64,000 bases of DNA, from assembly GCA_965227295.1 (NCBI GenBank), contig OZ245742.1, positions 5,632,001 to 5,696,000 on the forward strand. Reading direction: 5' to 3'. The position numbers were made by a program, and so were the translations under genes. Each line of letters starts with the position of its first letter. Within the stretch, counting starts at the first letter, position 1. Shown piece after piece: positions 8,895 through 22,410 of the stretch. Source of the DNA: Leptonemataceae bacterium. GTDB taxonomy: Bacteria > Spirochaetota > Leptospiria > Leptospirales > Leptonemataceae. Below the pieces are notes generated by a model. That model saw only the letters and a list, made by a program, of their open reading frames with translations. It was not told the DNA's origin and ran no database searches.

Positions 8895-10295
8895 CTATTC
8901 GGGGCGTGCTCGAACTACGGCAGCGGCGGTGGTTTCATCTACGATAAAGCGGTGTTTCCCCGATGCAAGCACGGAGTGCTTGAGCACGCTCCCGGGCACG
9001 TCGTAACCGAGAACGCGGCGCAGGGCCTGTTGCACGTACACCACGGCGTCGCCGGCCTTTGCGTTGGCGTTACGAAACTGCAACGTGAAGCGCAGGCCGG
9101 CCTCACTTCTAATAAACTGACCGCGCAGAATTTGATTATCGAAGACCTTGTTCGCTTCTTGCAGCAGATCACGAAGCAACGATGCGAAAATCTTGTGGCC
9201 GCGCACATCGGTGACGAAGTCTTCCGCGCGCCCGTCGATACGCCGGATCTTCTTACCGGAAATGCCGCAGCGACAATGTTCAAAAACCACCTCGCCCCGA
9301 TCTCCCGTATCGTAACGGATTAACGGCAGATCGTAAGCGAGTAGCGTCGTCACGAGCATGTGACCGTACTCGCTCTGTTCGAGGAGAATCCGATCCTCCA
9401 GGACGTGCAGGCCGTTCCGCTCGGAGCACTCCACCGCGATCGTCGCCAGCTCGGACGAGCCGTACGATTGAAAGACCACGGTACCGAAGCCTTCTTCCAA
9501 CAACGCACGCACATCCTCGGACAGCACCTCACCGGTTACGTGAATGTGATGCGGCGAATGGAGAATCTTGCGATTCTTGCGCCTGGCGTAACCGACGAGT
9601 TCGGCCAGATACGCCGGCATGCCGTGGATGCTGTCCGGTCGCGCGTGTTCGATGGTACGCAGGATCGACTCGGCACTGTGATCGTCCAGGCGCTGAAATA
9701 GAATGAAGAACATGCCGCCCGGCCTTAGAATGCGTTCAATGCCGTCGAAGCGATAGTGCATATCCGCCTGGCCGAGATACAGAAAGCTGTCCCCGGGACG
9801 CCAGCCGAAGAAACGCTCCACCGCCACCTGCTGGCGCAGACGACGCTCCACCTCGGCCCGCGTCACCCAGAACGGCACCGGATCCCCGCTGGTCCCGCCG
9901 CTGGCGAAACGAAACCGAAAGCCGCCCCGGAGCACGACCCGCAGGCGCGTTAACATCGAGGTCTTAATTGTTAGTTCCGGTAAATTATGAGCATCCCCGG
10001 GCACCAGCTCCGGCCCGTGCTGTTTGAGGCCGTGGCGATCCAGGGGACGGACCTCCGCGGCGAAACGTTCCAGGAGATCCGCGTCGCCCTGCAACAGAGT
10101 ATCGAAGCGGCCGCGATACAAAGGAACGCGCTCGTTGCAGGCTTCCAGTAATCGACGCAGTCGCTGCCGGACGTCCGAATTTTCGCCGGAGCCTTCCGGA
10201 AACAACCGGTCGGAAAGCACCCGGCGGATCAACAGGCGCAGGAGCAACCCCAGCCAGAGTTTGCGCAACCATCGTCGCATCAACGAGAAGCTCAC
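8895..10295 (-). CDS. Phenylacetate-CoA ligase (PaaK)-like adenylate-forming protein
   Basis: SGGTSGDP, TGEVL, YGSSE, PLIRYDTGD, GRAED. Confidence 0.85.
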   Translation of the reverse strand: MSFSLMRRWLRKLWLGLLLRLLIRRVLSDRLFPEGSGENSDVRQRLRRLLEACNERVPLYRGRFDTLLQGDADLLERFAAEVRPLDRHGLKQHGPELVPGDAHNLPELTIKTSMLTRLRVVLRGGFRFRFASGGTSGDPVPFWVTRAEVERRLRQQVAVERFFGWRPGDSFLYLGQADMHYRFDGIERILRPGGMFFILFQRLDDHSAESILRTIEHARPDSIHGMPAYLAELVGYARRKNRKILHSPHHIHVTGEVLSEDVRALLEEGFGTVVFQSYGSSELATIAVECSERNGLHVLEDRILLEQSEYGHMLVTTLLAYDLPLIRYDTGDRGEVVFEHCRCGISGKKIRRIDGRAEDFVTDVRGHKIFASLLRDLLQEANKVFDNQILRGQFIRSEAGLRFTLQFRNANAKAGDAVVYVQQALRRVLGYDVPGSVLKHSVLASGKHRFIVDETTAAAVVRARPE

Positions 10296-11359
10296 GCCGA
10301 AACGACGGCCGGCCCGCGCCGACGACCGAAGCCGATCACCTCACGCACGATCTCCCAGGGATGCTGCGTATAGTACGAACTCGTGTAGCGGCAGTTGGCC
10401 AGGCAGTCCTTCTCGCAATCGCCGAGTTTTTCGTCGCGCATCTGCATGAGCTGTTTGTGATCGAAACGATCCAGCTCGAAGATCGTAAACTCTTCCGAGG
10501 ACGGCGCGAGACCGCAGAACCGCACGGCCCCGTCCACGTCCACGGCGATGCTGTCTTTGCCGGCGAAGCACTTCCAGTCTAAAGTGCCGCGCACAAACTT
10601 CTTAATATCGTGAAAGTACTGCACGGGTTCGATGATGTTGTAGCCCGACGCCCGCATCTCCGCCACCTCGTCCAGCACGTCGAAGAGGCGCTGCTGTTCT
10701 TCGTCGCTGTGAAAGAACAACGCCTCGTCCTGCTTCGCGTCCGGCGCCAGATCGCGAATGATGAATCCCATGGACGTCGGCACGTCGAACTCCGCCATGG
10801 CGCGCAATGTGTCGGTAACCTGATCGATGTTCTTGTTACTGATGACCAGGTTCGCCGTCGTTTCCATGCCGTAACGTTCCCGGGCGTCCAGGAGCGTGCG
10901 CATCACGCCTTTTTCACGATTTACGGTTTTCTTCGAAGCGCGGGTGTCGGTGAGCGAATCCACGGAGAGATTGACGAAGTCCAGGCCGGCCTCGGCCAGT
11001 TCGTTGACGTACTCCGGCGTAAGGCGCAGGCCGTTCGTTGAAAGATGTGTGACCATGCGCCGCTCGTGCGCGTAGCGAATCAAACGCACCAGGTCCTCGC
11101 GCAACGTCGGCTCGCCGCCGAAGAACGCGAGCAGGCGAACCCCCAGGGCGTGCAGCTTGTCGATGATGGCCCGCAACTCTTCCTCGCTGCGATCGTTGCT
11201 TTCCTGTTTCACGACGAAGCAGTACTGACAGCGCATGTTGCACAGCCGGGTGACATAGAGATGCGTCCACAGCGGCGCCGGTTTGAACAGGGTACGCGCA
11301 TAGGCCGGTAACATGATGCTTAAGGTACGCAGGGCTCTCTTTTTGCTACGGAATCGCAT
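10292..11359 (-). CDS. Radical SAM protein with C-terminal SPASM/twitch-like Cys cluster
   Basis: CNMRCQYC, GGEPTLR, STNG, CFAG...FC...CEKDCLANC. Confidence 0.9.
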   Translation of the reverse strand: MRFRSKKRALRTLSIMLPAYARTLFKPAPLWTHLYVTRLCNMRCQYCFVVKQESNDRSEEELRAIIDKLHALGVRLLAFFGGEPTLREDLVRLIRYAHERRMVTHLSTNGLRLTPEYVNELAEAGLDFVNLSVDSLTDTRASKKTVNREKGVMRTLLDARERYGMETTANLVISNKNIDQVTDTLRAMAEFDVPTSMGFIIRDLAPDAKQDEALFFHSDEEQQRLFDVLDEVAEMRASGYNIIEPVQYFHDIKKFVRGTLDWKCFAGKDSIAVDVDGAVRFCGLAPSSEEFTIFELDRFDHKQLMQMRDEKLGDCEKDCLANCRYTSSYYTQHPWEIVREVIGFGRRRGPAVVSA

Positions 11360-11435
11360 GAATCATTAAACCTCAGTCGGGAGAAGCTAAGGCATTAGTG
11401 AGATTTTGCAAGAATAAAAACGGGAAAAAAGAAAC

Positions 11436-12329
11436 TCAGCCCGGCCGCCGCCAGAAAACGGCATGCTCGTCGATCCAGTGCATCTCCGTCGTAATTTCGG
11501 AGCGATCTCGAAAGTCGTCCACCGCGCGGCGGCAACCGTCGAGGGAACCGTAGTCGTCGACGACGACAAAGCCGCCGGGACTCACTCGCTCGTAGGCGTG
11601 GGTCAGGACGGCCAGGGTCGCTTCGTAGTAGTCCACGTCCAGGCGTAGGAGCGCCAGGTTTTCGATGGGCGCAGCGGGCATGCTTTCGTGGACCAGGCCG
11701 GGTAAAAAACGCAAACGTTCGTCGAAGAGGCCGAAGCGTCGCGCGTTCTCTTCGATGGCGGCCATGGACGTCATCTCGGTGAGCTCCTCGACGAGCTCCG
11801 GATAACGCGAAAGAAAAATTATGAAGTTCATCAGATCGCCCTCGATGACCTCGGGCACGGGAAACACGCCGCGTTTCAACACAAAGCGCGTAAAACGTTC
11901 CGGCGCGAGCCAGGCGAAGTACGAGGCCGCGCGCCCGAAGAGTTTCAACAACGCATTCAATCGCACCGGCCCGCCGAACAAATCCGCGAGCCACACCGTA
12001 CGATCTTCGAGACCGTACTGTCGCAGCACGGCCTTGAGAAAGATCCCGACCCCGCCGCGCCACACGCCGGTTTCGAGGAAGTCCCCGGGAATGCCTTCGT
12101 CACGAATCACGGCGACGCAATCTTCCAGGCTTTCCAGGCGTTTCCAGCCGACCATGGTGAGACCCCGGCGCGGCACGTCGAGACCCAACGTCCGCCGCCG
12201 ATGATCGTACGGGGCGTGGCGCACGTAACGGCCGTGACCGTCTCGCGCCCAGATCGTATCTTCTTCAAAGAGGGAACCGGTCAGGATCTGCTTGAGCAGA
12301 TGCAGATACGGATCTAAACTTACACGCAT
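11436..12329 (-). CDS. TylF/MycF/NovP-family O-methyltransferase
   Basis: TMVG, IPGDFLETGVWRGG, ALLRLDVDYYE, VSPGGFVVVDDY, CRRAVDDFR. Confidence 0.92.
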   Translation of the reverse strand: MRVSLDPYLHLLKQILTGSLFEEDTIWARDGHGRYVRHAPYDHRRRTLGLDVPRRGLTMVGWKRLESLEDCVAVIRDEGIPGDFLETGVWRGGVGIFLKAVLRQYGLEDRTVWLADLFGGPVRLNALLKLFGRAASYFAWLAPERFTRFVLKRGVFPVPEVIEGDLMNFIIFLSRYPELVEELTEMTSMAAIEENARRFGLFDERLRFLPGLVHESMPAAPIENLALLRLDVDYYEATLAVLTHAYERVSPGGFVVVDDYGSLDGCRRAVDDFRDRSEITTEMHWIDEHAVFWRRPG

Positions 12330-12330
12330 A

Positions 12331-15300
12331 TCATTCTACGTCGATTACGACGATGGCGATGTCGTCACCGATGCTCGCGGTACCGCCGCACCATTCAATG
12401 ACGTCCGCGAGCAAACGATCCGTGAAGTCCGCGGCGGAGAGGTTCGCGTGTTCGAGCATCTTTTCCTGGATGCGCTCTTCACCGAACTCTTCGAAGTTCG
12501 CAGCGGCGGCCTCGGTCACCCCGTCGGTGTACAGAACGATGCGATCCCCCGGCGCCAGGTCCAATTCCTGGACGGCAAAACGCGGGCCGGGCAGAATCCC
12601 CAGGGGCACGCCCTTCGGACGCACGACCTCGATGGTCTTCGAAGACGCGCGACGCAAGAACATGGGCGGGTGACCGGCGTTCGCGGTCCAGAGCTTGCGC
12701 AGCTTCGTATCGATCTTAACGTGACAGGCCGTAACAAAACTGCTGCCGGCCTGGCCGGAGAACGCGCGATTCAAATTCGCCAGAAACTCCCCGGGGTCGG
12801 GCTGGCGCTGACGCTCGAAGGCGAACGCCAGGTGCACGGCGGATACCAGCAAGGCCGCGGGGATGCCGTGGCCGGCGACGTCCGCGACCAGGACTTCGAA
12901 CAGCGTACCGTCCGTGTGAAAGTCATAGTAATCCCCGCCGACGCTTTCCATGGCCTGGTACAGGGCCCCCACTTTAAGACCCGGTACGATCGGCGCCGAA
13001 CGCGGAATCAATGACTGCTGGATTTGTCGGGCCTTTTCCAGGTCGCCTTCGATGGCGGCGAGATGTGACTGCGTTTGGGCCGCACGTTTGAGTTCCAGCA
13101 TGTTCGCCACACGCGCGCTGAGCTCCCGCGCATCGAAGGGTTTCACCAGATAATCATTCGCCCCGCTCTCGAGGCCCGTCACGATATCGATCACGCGGTT
13201 CTTCGCCGTAAGCATGATGATGGGCAGCTCCGACGGAGACGACTTCTCGCGAATGAATCGGCAGACCTCGTAACCGGACAGCCCCGGCATCATCACGTCG
13301 AGTAAGATGACGTCGAGTTCGTGTTGCTCGACTTTCTCAAGAGCGGCACGGCCGCTGTCCGCCTCGATTACCTGTAGCGACAGCATGCGCAGTTGATTGC
13401 GCAACACACGACGGTTGATGGAGTCGTCGTCCACCACCAACACTGAGTACGGTGTACCGTTGGACGCCGGTATCTCCACGGGAGCATCATTCTCGACGGT
13501 GCCCGAATCAATGAGATCCTCGATGAGATGCGCCCGCCGCTGCACCTCGGTCCAGGCCGGGGCTTCGGCTTCGCCGTGACTCACGGGCAACGTAAAATAA
13601 ACGGTGGTCCCGCGGCCGGGCGACGACTTCATTCGAATCTCGCCGCCGTGCAGTTCCACCAGCTGTTTGCTGATGGACAGGCCGAGGCCGGTACCCCCGT
13701 ACTCCCTGGAGATGGCGCCGTCGCCCTGGGTAAACGAATCAAAGACCAGGGCCTGGCGATCTTCGGGGATGCCGATGCCGGTATCTTCCACACTGATTTC
13801 TACAAAGCCCGGGGCGGTCCCATCATCCTGCGCATCCACCACGCGGGCACTCACCGTCACCGCCCCCGCTTTCGTAAACTTAATCGCGTTGCCGATTAAG
13901 TTATGAAGCACTTGTTCCAGGCGATCCTCGTCGGCGTCCACCGGCGGCACCGGCTCGTCGTCGTGACGCAGTTCGATGGGACGATCGCCGATGATATGCT
14001 GCGAGAGCGCCAGCACCACGCCGATGACCGCATGCACGTCCACCGCCTTGCGGCGCAGGATCAGATCGTCGTGACGAATGCGCGAGAAGTCGAGCAGGTC
14101 GTTGACTAGATTCGAAAGCCGCCGACCGCTGGAGGCGATCAACTGTAGATTCTCCGTGGCCTCGTGCTTTAACTCACCGGCCGCGCCCTGTATCAACGAA
14201 TCGGCGAGGCCGATGATTCCGTTCAACGGCGTCCGCAGTTCGTGCGAGGTGTTCGCCAGGAACTGGTCTTTGAGTTGGTCGAGGCGCGAGAGGCGCTCGT
14301 TCTGTCGGGTGATTTCCTGATTCAGACGATCCTGATCCGCCGACAATCGCTCCACTTCATTGTGTGCGTTTACGAAGTGATCGATCTGCACCAGCGTAAG
14401 GCCGCCGAGCATCGTGGGAATGGCGAGGGGTGCAAGGAACATCCACGGCAGTTGAAAGACCGCGACGATGACGTCGTTCAAAGTCATGGCGCTCACCAGG
14501 GCAACGACGAGAATCAACAACACGCTCACCGTTTCGACGCGTTCGCGGCGCGCGTTGATGACCCAGATCATGTGCAGGGCCTGGAAACCCACGATGCCCG
14601 GCAGAAATCCCACGCGCACGGCGGCGAAACTTTCGCGATCCATGGCGGTGCAGTGCGCGAGCACCGCCACGAGGACGAAGCCGAGAGCGAAACGCGTCGG
14701 CCAGACGGAGTGTCGTTCCAGAAAGTCGCGAAAGAACAGCGTCGTAAAACCGTAGAAGATGTACAGCGCGCTCCAGTCGATCTTCTGAAACCACAGCGCG
14801 TTAAAGAACGGCATGTCCGAAAGAAAGGGCAGACCCCAGGCGAAGTTGTTGATGCTGTAAATAAAAAAGAAGACCAGCGCCAGGGAGTAGTGCAGATAAA
14901 AGACGACCCGACGTCGCTTCAGGTACATCAGCAGGAAGATGAACGCCGCGGCCAGCGCGAACAGCGCCGTGATCATGTGCAGCGTCATGTGCTGCATGGT
15001 CGCGAGGCCGGCCAGGTGTTCCATCGCCCGGCGCGGACCGATGAACGGCACGTCTTCCAGGCCCGGCGAGGCGTAGCCGGGATAGATGACGAGCAACAGT
15101 TCGTTGCCCGCATCCTTAAGCAAGGGCCGCGACGCCGGATACACCCGCGGAATGTTCCAGGGGTCCGTGGGCTCCGGCGGAAAACGCCCGGTCTCCCCGA
15201 TGAGGCGGCCGTTGAGATACGTACGGTCGCAGGCGTTGACCCGGCCCAGGTAGAACGAAAGAATCGGCTCCGTCAGAAATTCGGGCGGCAGGTCAAATTT

Positions 15301-15633
15301 TGTACGCAGAACAACGTAGGTCGAACGATCGGGAAGCAGCGGCCCGAGGGCGGCATAGGGTTGCGGCAGCGACTCGAACGCCAATCCCCGAATGTCGGCC
15401 AGGTTGTCGGGCTCCCGGGTGAGAGCGTACTCCCACGGTCCGTCCAGCGGCCGTCCCTCCTCGGGAGCCGGCTCACTGCAACCGGACAGGAAGAGAATCA
15501 CCAGGACAAGCACCCCGGCGTGGAGACGGTCCCAGGAAAACAGTGCTACCGCGTGTCTCCGGTCTGTGGGGATGAGGTCGATGCCGAATCGGAGCATGAA
15601 CTGGCCGCTGCTGACGAAACCGGAATCTGCCAA
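12331..15633 (-). CDS. Hybrid sensor: extracellular jelly-roll domain, 7TM, histidine kinase, receiver, SpoIIE/PP2C phosphatase (start uncertain)
   Basis: FLANTSHELRTPL, NAIKFT, GGTGLGL, LLDVMMP, GGDYYD, DVAGHG, LYTDG, DDIA. Confidence 0.9.
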   Translation of the reverse strand: MADSGFVSSGQFMLRFGIDLIPTDRRHAVALFSWDRLHAGVLVLVILFLSGCSEPAPEEGRPLDGPWEYALTREPDNLADIRGLAFESLPQPYAALGPLLPDRSTYVVLRTKFDLPPEFLTEPILSFYLGRVNACDRTYLNGRLIGETGRFPPEPTDPWNIPRVYPASRPLLKDAGNELLLVIYPGYASPGLEDVPFIGPRRAMEHLAGLATMQHMTLHMITALFALAAAFIFLLMYLKRRRVVFYLHYSLALVFFFIYSINNFAWGLPFLSDMPFFNALWFQKIDWSALYIFYGFTTLFFRDFLERHSVWPTRFALGFVLVAVLAHCTAMDRESFAAVRVGFLPGIVGFQALHMIWVINARRERVETVSVLLILVVALVSAMTLNDVIVAVFQLPWMFLAPLAIPTMLGGLTLVQIDHFVNAHNEVERLSADQDRLNQEITRQNERLSRLDQLKDQFLANTSHELRTPLNGIIGLADSLIQGAAGELKHEATENLQLIASSGRRLSNLVNDLLDFSRIRHDDLILRRKAVDVHAVIGVVLALSQHIIGDRPIELRHDDEPVPPVDADEDRLEQVLHNLIGNAIKFTKAGAVTVSARVVDAQDDGTAPGFVEISVEDTGIGIPEDRQALVFDSFTQGDGAISREYGGTGLGLSISKQLVELHGGEIRMKSSPGRGTTVYFTLPVSHGEAEAPAWTEVQRRAHLIEDLIDSGTVENDAPVEIPASNGTPYSVLVVDDDSINRRVLRNQLRMLSLQVIEADSGRAALEKVEQHELDVILLDVMMPGLSGYEVCRFIREKSSPSELPIIMLTAKNRVIDIVTGLESGANDYLVKPFDARELSARVANMLELKRAAQTQSHLAAIEGDLEKARQIQQSLIPRSAPIVPGLKVGALYQAMESVGGDYYDFHTDGTLFEVLVADVAGHGIPAALLVSAVHLAFAFERQRQPDPGEFLANLNRAFSGQAGSSFVTACHVKIDTKLRKLWTANAGHPPMFLRRASSKTIEVVRPKGVPLGILPGPRFAVQELDLAPGDRIVLYTDGVTEAAAANFEEFGEERIQEKMLEHANLSAADFTDRLLADVIEWCGGTASIGDDIAIVVIDVE

Positions 15634-15703
15634 CCGTTTGTTCGACGGTCAAGAGTATTTCCGGATTGCCGCACCGTATCTCCGCGCGAAACCGGGGCAG
15701 GAC

Positions 15704-15922
15704 ATGCGTCGCCTCAAGAATCATACGGCATTTTCGGCGACCGTCGCCGCCGGCATGCTGGTGCTTTCGTCGGCGGCCCGGTCGGCGCCTCCGCCTACCG
15801 GAACGGAAACAGCATCGCCCGGCTGCTCAACTTCGCCGAAGCAAATCAACCACGGTGTGGTCGAGAAACATCCGGAGAAACTTGCTGCATTCTATCATTT
15901 TCTGACAGATCAGAGTTGTTGA
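15704..15922 (+). CDS. Possible small secreted protein (72 aa)
   Basis: ATG after GGCAGGAC; basic N-terminus, hydrophobic stretch and A-x-A-like site (MRRLKN..VAAGMLVLSSAARSA). Confidence 0.3.
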   Translation: MRRLKNHTAFSATVAAGMLVLSSAARSAPPPTGTETASPGCSTSPKQINHGVVEKHPEKLAAFYHFLTDQSC

Positions 15923-16227
15923 TTGAGAAGGACCGTGCGACTTGCCTGGCACAGAGCGCGGGGACACCGTGCCCGCCGCGTTCTGAATACACGGTGATTT
16001 GCCCGCAACCGGCGCTTTTCCCGGTTGTCAGGGCGTATCTGCCTAAAAAACTGGCATTATCTCCGGATTTTACCGACATTTTGTGACGCGGTGCCATGGC
16101 CCGCGCCTGCCCCGACGCCGATCACTCGTTCCCTGAAACGATTCCCGGCCGTTTTCTTCTATACTAACAGTACGGCCGGAACCAATGATACGGCCGACGG
16201 CATTCTTTCCGGACCCGAGGATTTTCT

Positions 16228-19962
<3,735 letters not shown>

Positions 19963-20146
19963 AGACACACCTGCCCGCCCCCTGTGGGTGGACTCCTCTT
20001 CGGGGGTGGGCGGAATTCAGGCTATCTTCTCAGGCGACGGCGCGCCAGAAGCGGCGAATCATATTCTAAAAAAGATGCGCTGTCCAGCCGAAAAATGTCA
20101 CACCCCTGTGTCATACTAAGCTGGGAAAACCTGCATCAACCCGCCC

Positions 20147-20824
20147 ATGCTTGCATCACACCGGCACAAGAATCTGCTCATTCTACACGGAATGTTCGGC
20201 CTTTACGCGCCGATCGTACTGGTTCTCTTCCCGGCCCCCGGTCACGGCGACATCATTTTGTTCGGGACCTGGACCGTCTTGCATGGGTTCCTTCTGGCGA
20301 CGCTCTACTGGCCGTTTCGCCGACGCTTCCCGGGAATTTGCGCCGTGCTTGCGGCCGTGTGTGCGATGGTCTTCGTGCCCGCAACCCTGCCGATCGTGAA
20401 CGCCATCTTTTCAATCAATGCGGCGATCCTGGCCGCTTATATCTTCACTGCCATCTATCTCTTTCGCGCGGACGTCGGACTCCTGCGGGGCGCGTTGGTT
20501 GTGTTCGTCGGAGTGATGGTAGTCGGTCCGACCCTTGCGGTAAGCTATACTCGCTGGCAAAACCGTTTGCGGTACCATCTTACCGAAACCTGCGCCCGCG
20601 AGCAGTTAGCGGAACTGCGGGGCCTCTATCCCCGGGGGACTCGCATGTCATTGATTCAGAAACAGGAAACGAACACGCGAATCTTTCGCGACGGAGGTCC
20701 GGAGATGCTCATCATCCCTCGCGCTGGAGCCTGCCCGAAAAGCGGGCGGCCCTACTGCGGTTTTCATGCAACGCTCTGGCGCAAGCGACTGGTAAGGATT
20801 GAGGATGGGGCTCCCTGCCACTGA
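20147..20824 (+). CDS. Hypothetical membrane protein
   Basis: About 5 hydrophobic helices followed by a small soluble Cys-containing domain. Confidence 0.6.
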   Translation: MLASHRHKNLLILHGMFGLYAPIVLVLFPAPGHGDIILFGTWTVLHGFLLATLYWPFRRRFPGICAVLAAVCAMVFVPATLPIVNAIFSINAAILAAYIFTAIYLFRADVGLLRGALVVFVGVMVVGPTLAVSYTRWQNRLRYHLTETCAREQLAELRGLYPRGTRMSLIQKQETNTRIFRDGGPEMLIIPRAGACPKSGRPYCGFHATLWRKRLVRIEDGAPCH

Positions 20825-20850
20825 AGGACAGACGGCGCGGGGCAAGTGAG

Positions 20851-20880
20851 AAAAACCGGCGGACCACACGGCCCGCCGGT
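20851..20880 (-). terminator. Rho-independent terminator of the RRM gene
   Basis: Minus strand ACCGGCGGGCC-GTGT-GGTCCGCCGGT followed by a T run, 8 bp after the stop. Confidence 0.6.
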
Positions 20881-20888
20881 CGTGCAAA

Positions 20889-21143
20889 TCAGTAACGATT
20901 CGCTTTCGGACGTGCTTCGTTGACCACGAGATTGCGGCCGTTGAAATCGGTGTCGGCCAGAGCGTCGATTGCCGCCAGGGCCTCATTTTTGTTCGGCATT
21001 TCCACGAAGCCGAAACCACGGGAACGGCCGGTTTCACGGTCGCTGATGATTTTCGCGGACTTCACTTCACCGTGAGCGCGAAAGAGCTCTTCGAGTGCAC
21101 CTTCGTCGGTGGTGAAGGGCAGGTTACCTACATACAGATTCAT
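20889..21143 (-). CDS. RRM-domain RNA-binding protein
   Basis: RNP2 LYVGNL and RNP1 RGFGFVEM; VNEARP. Confidence 0.95.
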   Translation of the reverse strand: MNLYVGNLPFTTDEGALEELFRAHGEVKSAKIISDRETGRSRGFGFVEMPNKNEALAAIDALADTDFNGRNLVVNEARPKANRY

Positions 21144-21379
21144 TCTAATCTTCCAAATACAGTGATTCGCAATGTCTTCTACGAACGATGTTGGAACGGG
21201 GGACAGGAACGGGGAAAAAGGAAGGCTGGGTCAAACTCAGACGTCCGGGGTTCTGCTACCGGGATGATACCGCCATCGGCGCGGAAGTCAAAAAGATGCG
21301 TGAGGACAGAGGACCCCGGGAGCCGTGGAATGGCAAGCGAAAATATTCAGTGGAATGAAGCCGGCTCATCGCCTTCGTG

Positions 21380-22384
21380 CTATACAAGTTCTCGTCCGCG
21401 TAACCATGTTTCCGTCCGCCGAAAGCCCTCGTCCAGGCTCACGGCCGGCTTGTAGCCCAGCAATCGCCGCGCTTTTTCAATGGAATACGGATGCGGCCGC
21501 CGAATGAAATCCACGCCCGCCGGCAGCGCCAGGTGCTTCCGGCCTAACAGCGATTCAACGGCATTTACCGCGCGGATGGCGTTCTTGATCAAAAACGCCG
21601 GCACGCGGCGGGGCTTGCCGACACCGGCCAGGTCGGCCAGACGATCGTAAAACTCGCCCCAGGTCGTTTCGCAGCCGTCGGTGACATTGAAGGCCTCACC
21701 GAACGCGCGCTCCGGTTTGTCGAACATGGCCAGGAAGATCGCGTCGATGAGATTGTCGATGTAAACGTGATTGATGGTGCCGTTCCCGCCGTCCACCAGC
21801 GAAAACAGGCCGCTCCGCATGAGCTCCAGCGGACGCACGATCCAGGGCTCGGAGCCGGGGCCGTAGACGTCGCCGGGGCGAATGATGATCACGCCGAACT
21901 TCTCGGGTTCGTTCAATTTCAGCACGGCGGCTTCGCTTTCGATCTTCGTCGTACAGTACGGATTGTCTTCACCCCGGAACGGCCCGTCCTCGGTGATGTA
22001 CTTCGGAAAATCGAAGCCGTAGACCATCACACTGGAAAGATGCGTGAAGATCTTTGCGCCGGCGTTGCGGGCCGAGGTTGCCGCACGAACGGCACCTTCC
22101 ACGTTCACCCGGCGAAACAAATCGAAGTCGGTCCCCTCGCTGACGATCGCCGCCGTATGCAAAACGCAGTCGGCCCCGCGCATGGTATCGTTCAGCAGTG
22201 CATCGTTGAAAAGATCGCCGACGAGAACCTCGGCGCCGACGGCCTCCGCGCGCTTTGCGTTTTCGCGGTTCAGCTCCAGACCGCGCACGTGATAGCCGCG
22301 TTCCAGGGCCCGCTCCGTTGCGCGCAGGCCGATGAAGCCGCCCACCCCGGTTATCGCAAGAGTCTGTTTCTTTTTCCTGGCCAT
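21380..22384 (-). CDS. NAD-dependent epimerase/dehydratase (3-beta-HSD-like extended SDR)
   Basis: TGVGGFIG, YCTTK (YxxxK), RPGDVYGPG. Confidence 0.9.
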   Translation of the reverse strand: MARKKKQTLAITGVGGFIGLRATERALERGYHVRGLELNRENAKRAEAVGAEVLVGDLFNDALLNDTMRGADCVLHTAAIVSEGTDFDLFRRVNVEGAVRAATSARNAGAKIFTHLSSVMVYGFDFPKYITEDGPFRGEDNPYCTTKIESEAAVLKLNEPEKFGVIIIRPGDVYGPGSEPWIVRPLELMRSGLFSLVDGGNGTINHVYIDNLIDAIFLAMFDKPERAFGEAFNVTDGCETTWGEFYDRLADLAGVGKPRRVPAFLIKNAIRAVNAVESLLGRKHLALPAGVDFIRRPHPYSIEKARRLLGYKPAVSLDEGFRRTETWLRGRELV

Positions 22385-22410
22385 AGCTCAGTCACCACCG
22401 CGAGCGCAAA

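Noticed and set aside
14242..16086. 614-aa plus-strand ORF
   Set aside because: Antisense shadow of the sensor kinase in high-GC DNA; no motifs.
15923..16227. SAM or cobalamin riboswitch upstream of metH
   Set aside because: No recognisable consensus by eye; an Rfam scan would be decisive.
19973..20011. Terminator after metH
   Set aside because: GC stem with a large loop and no U-tract.
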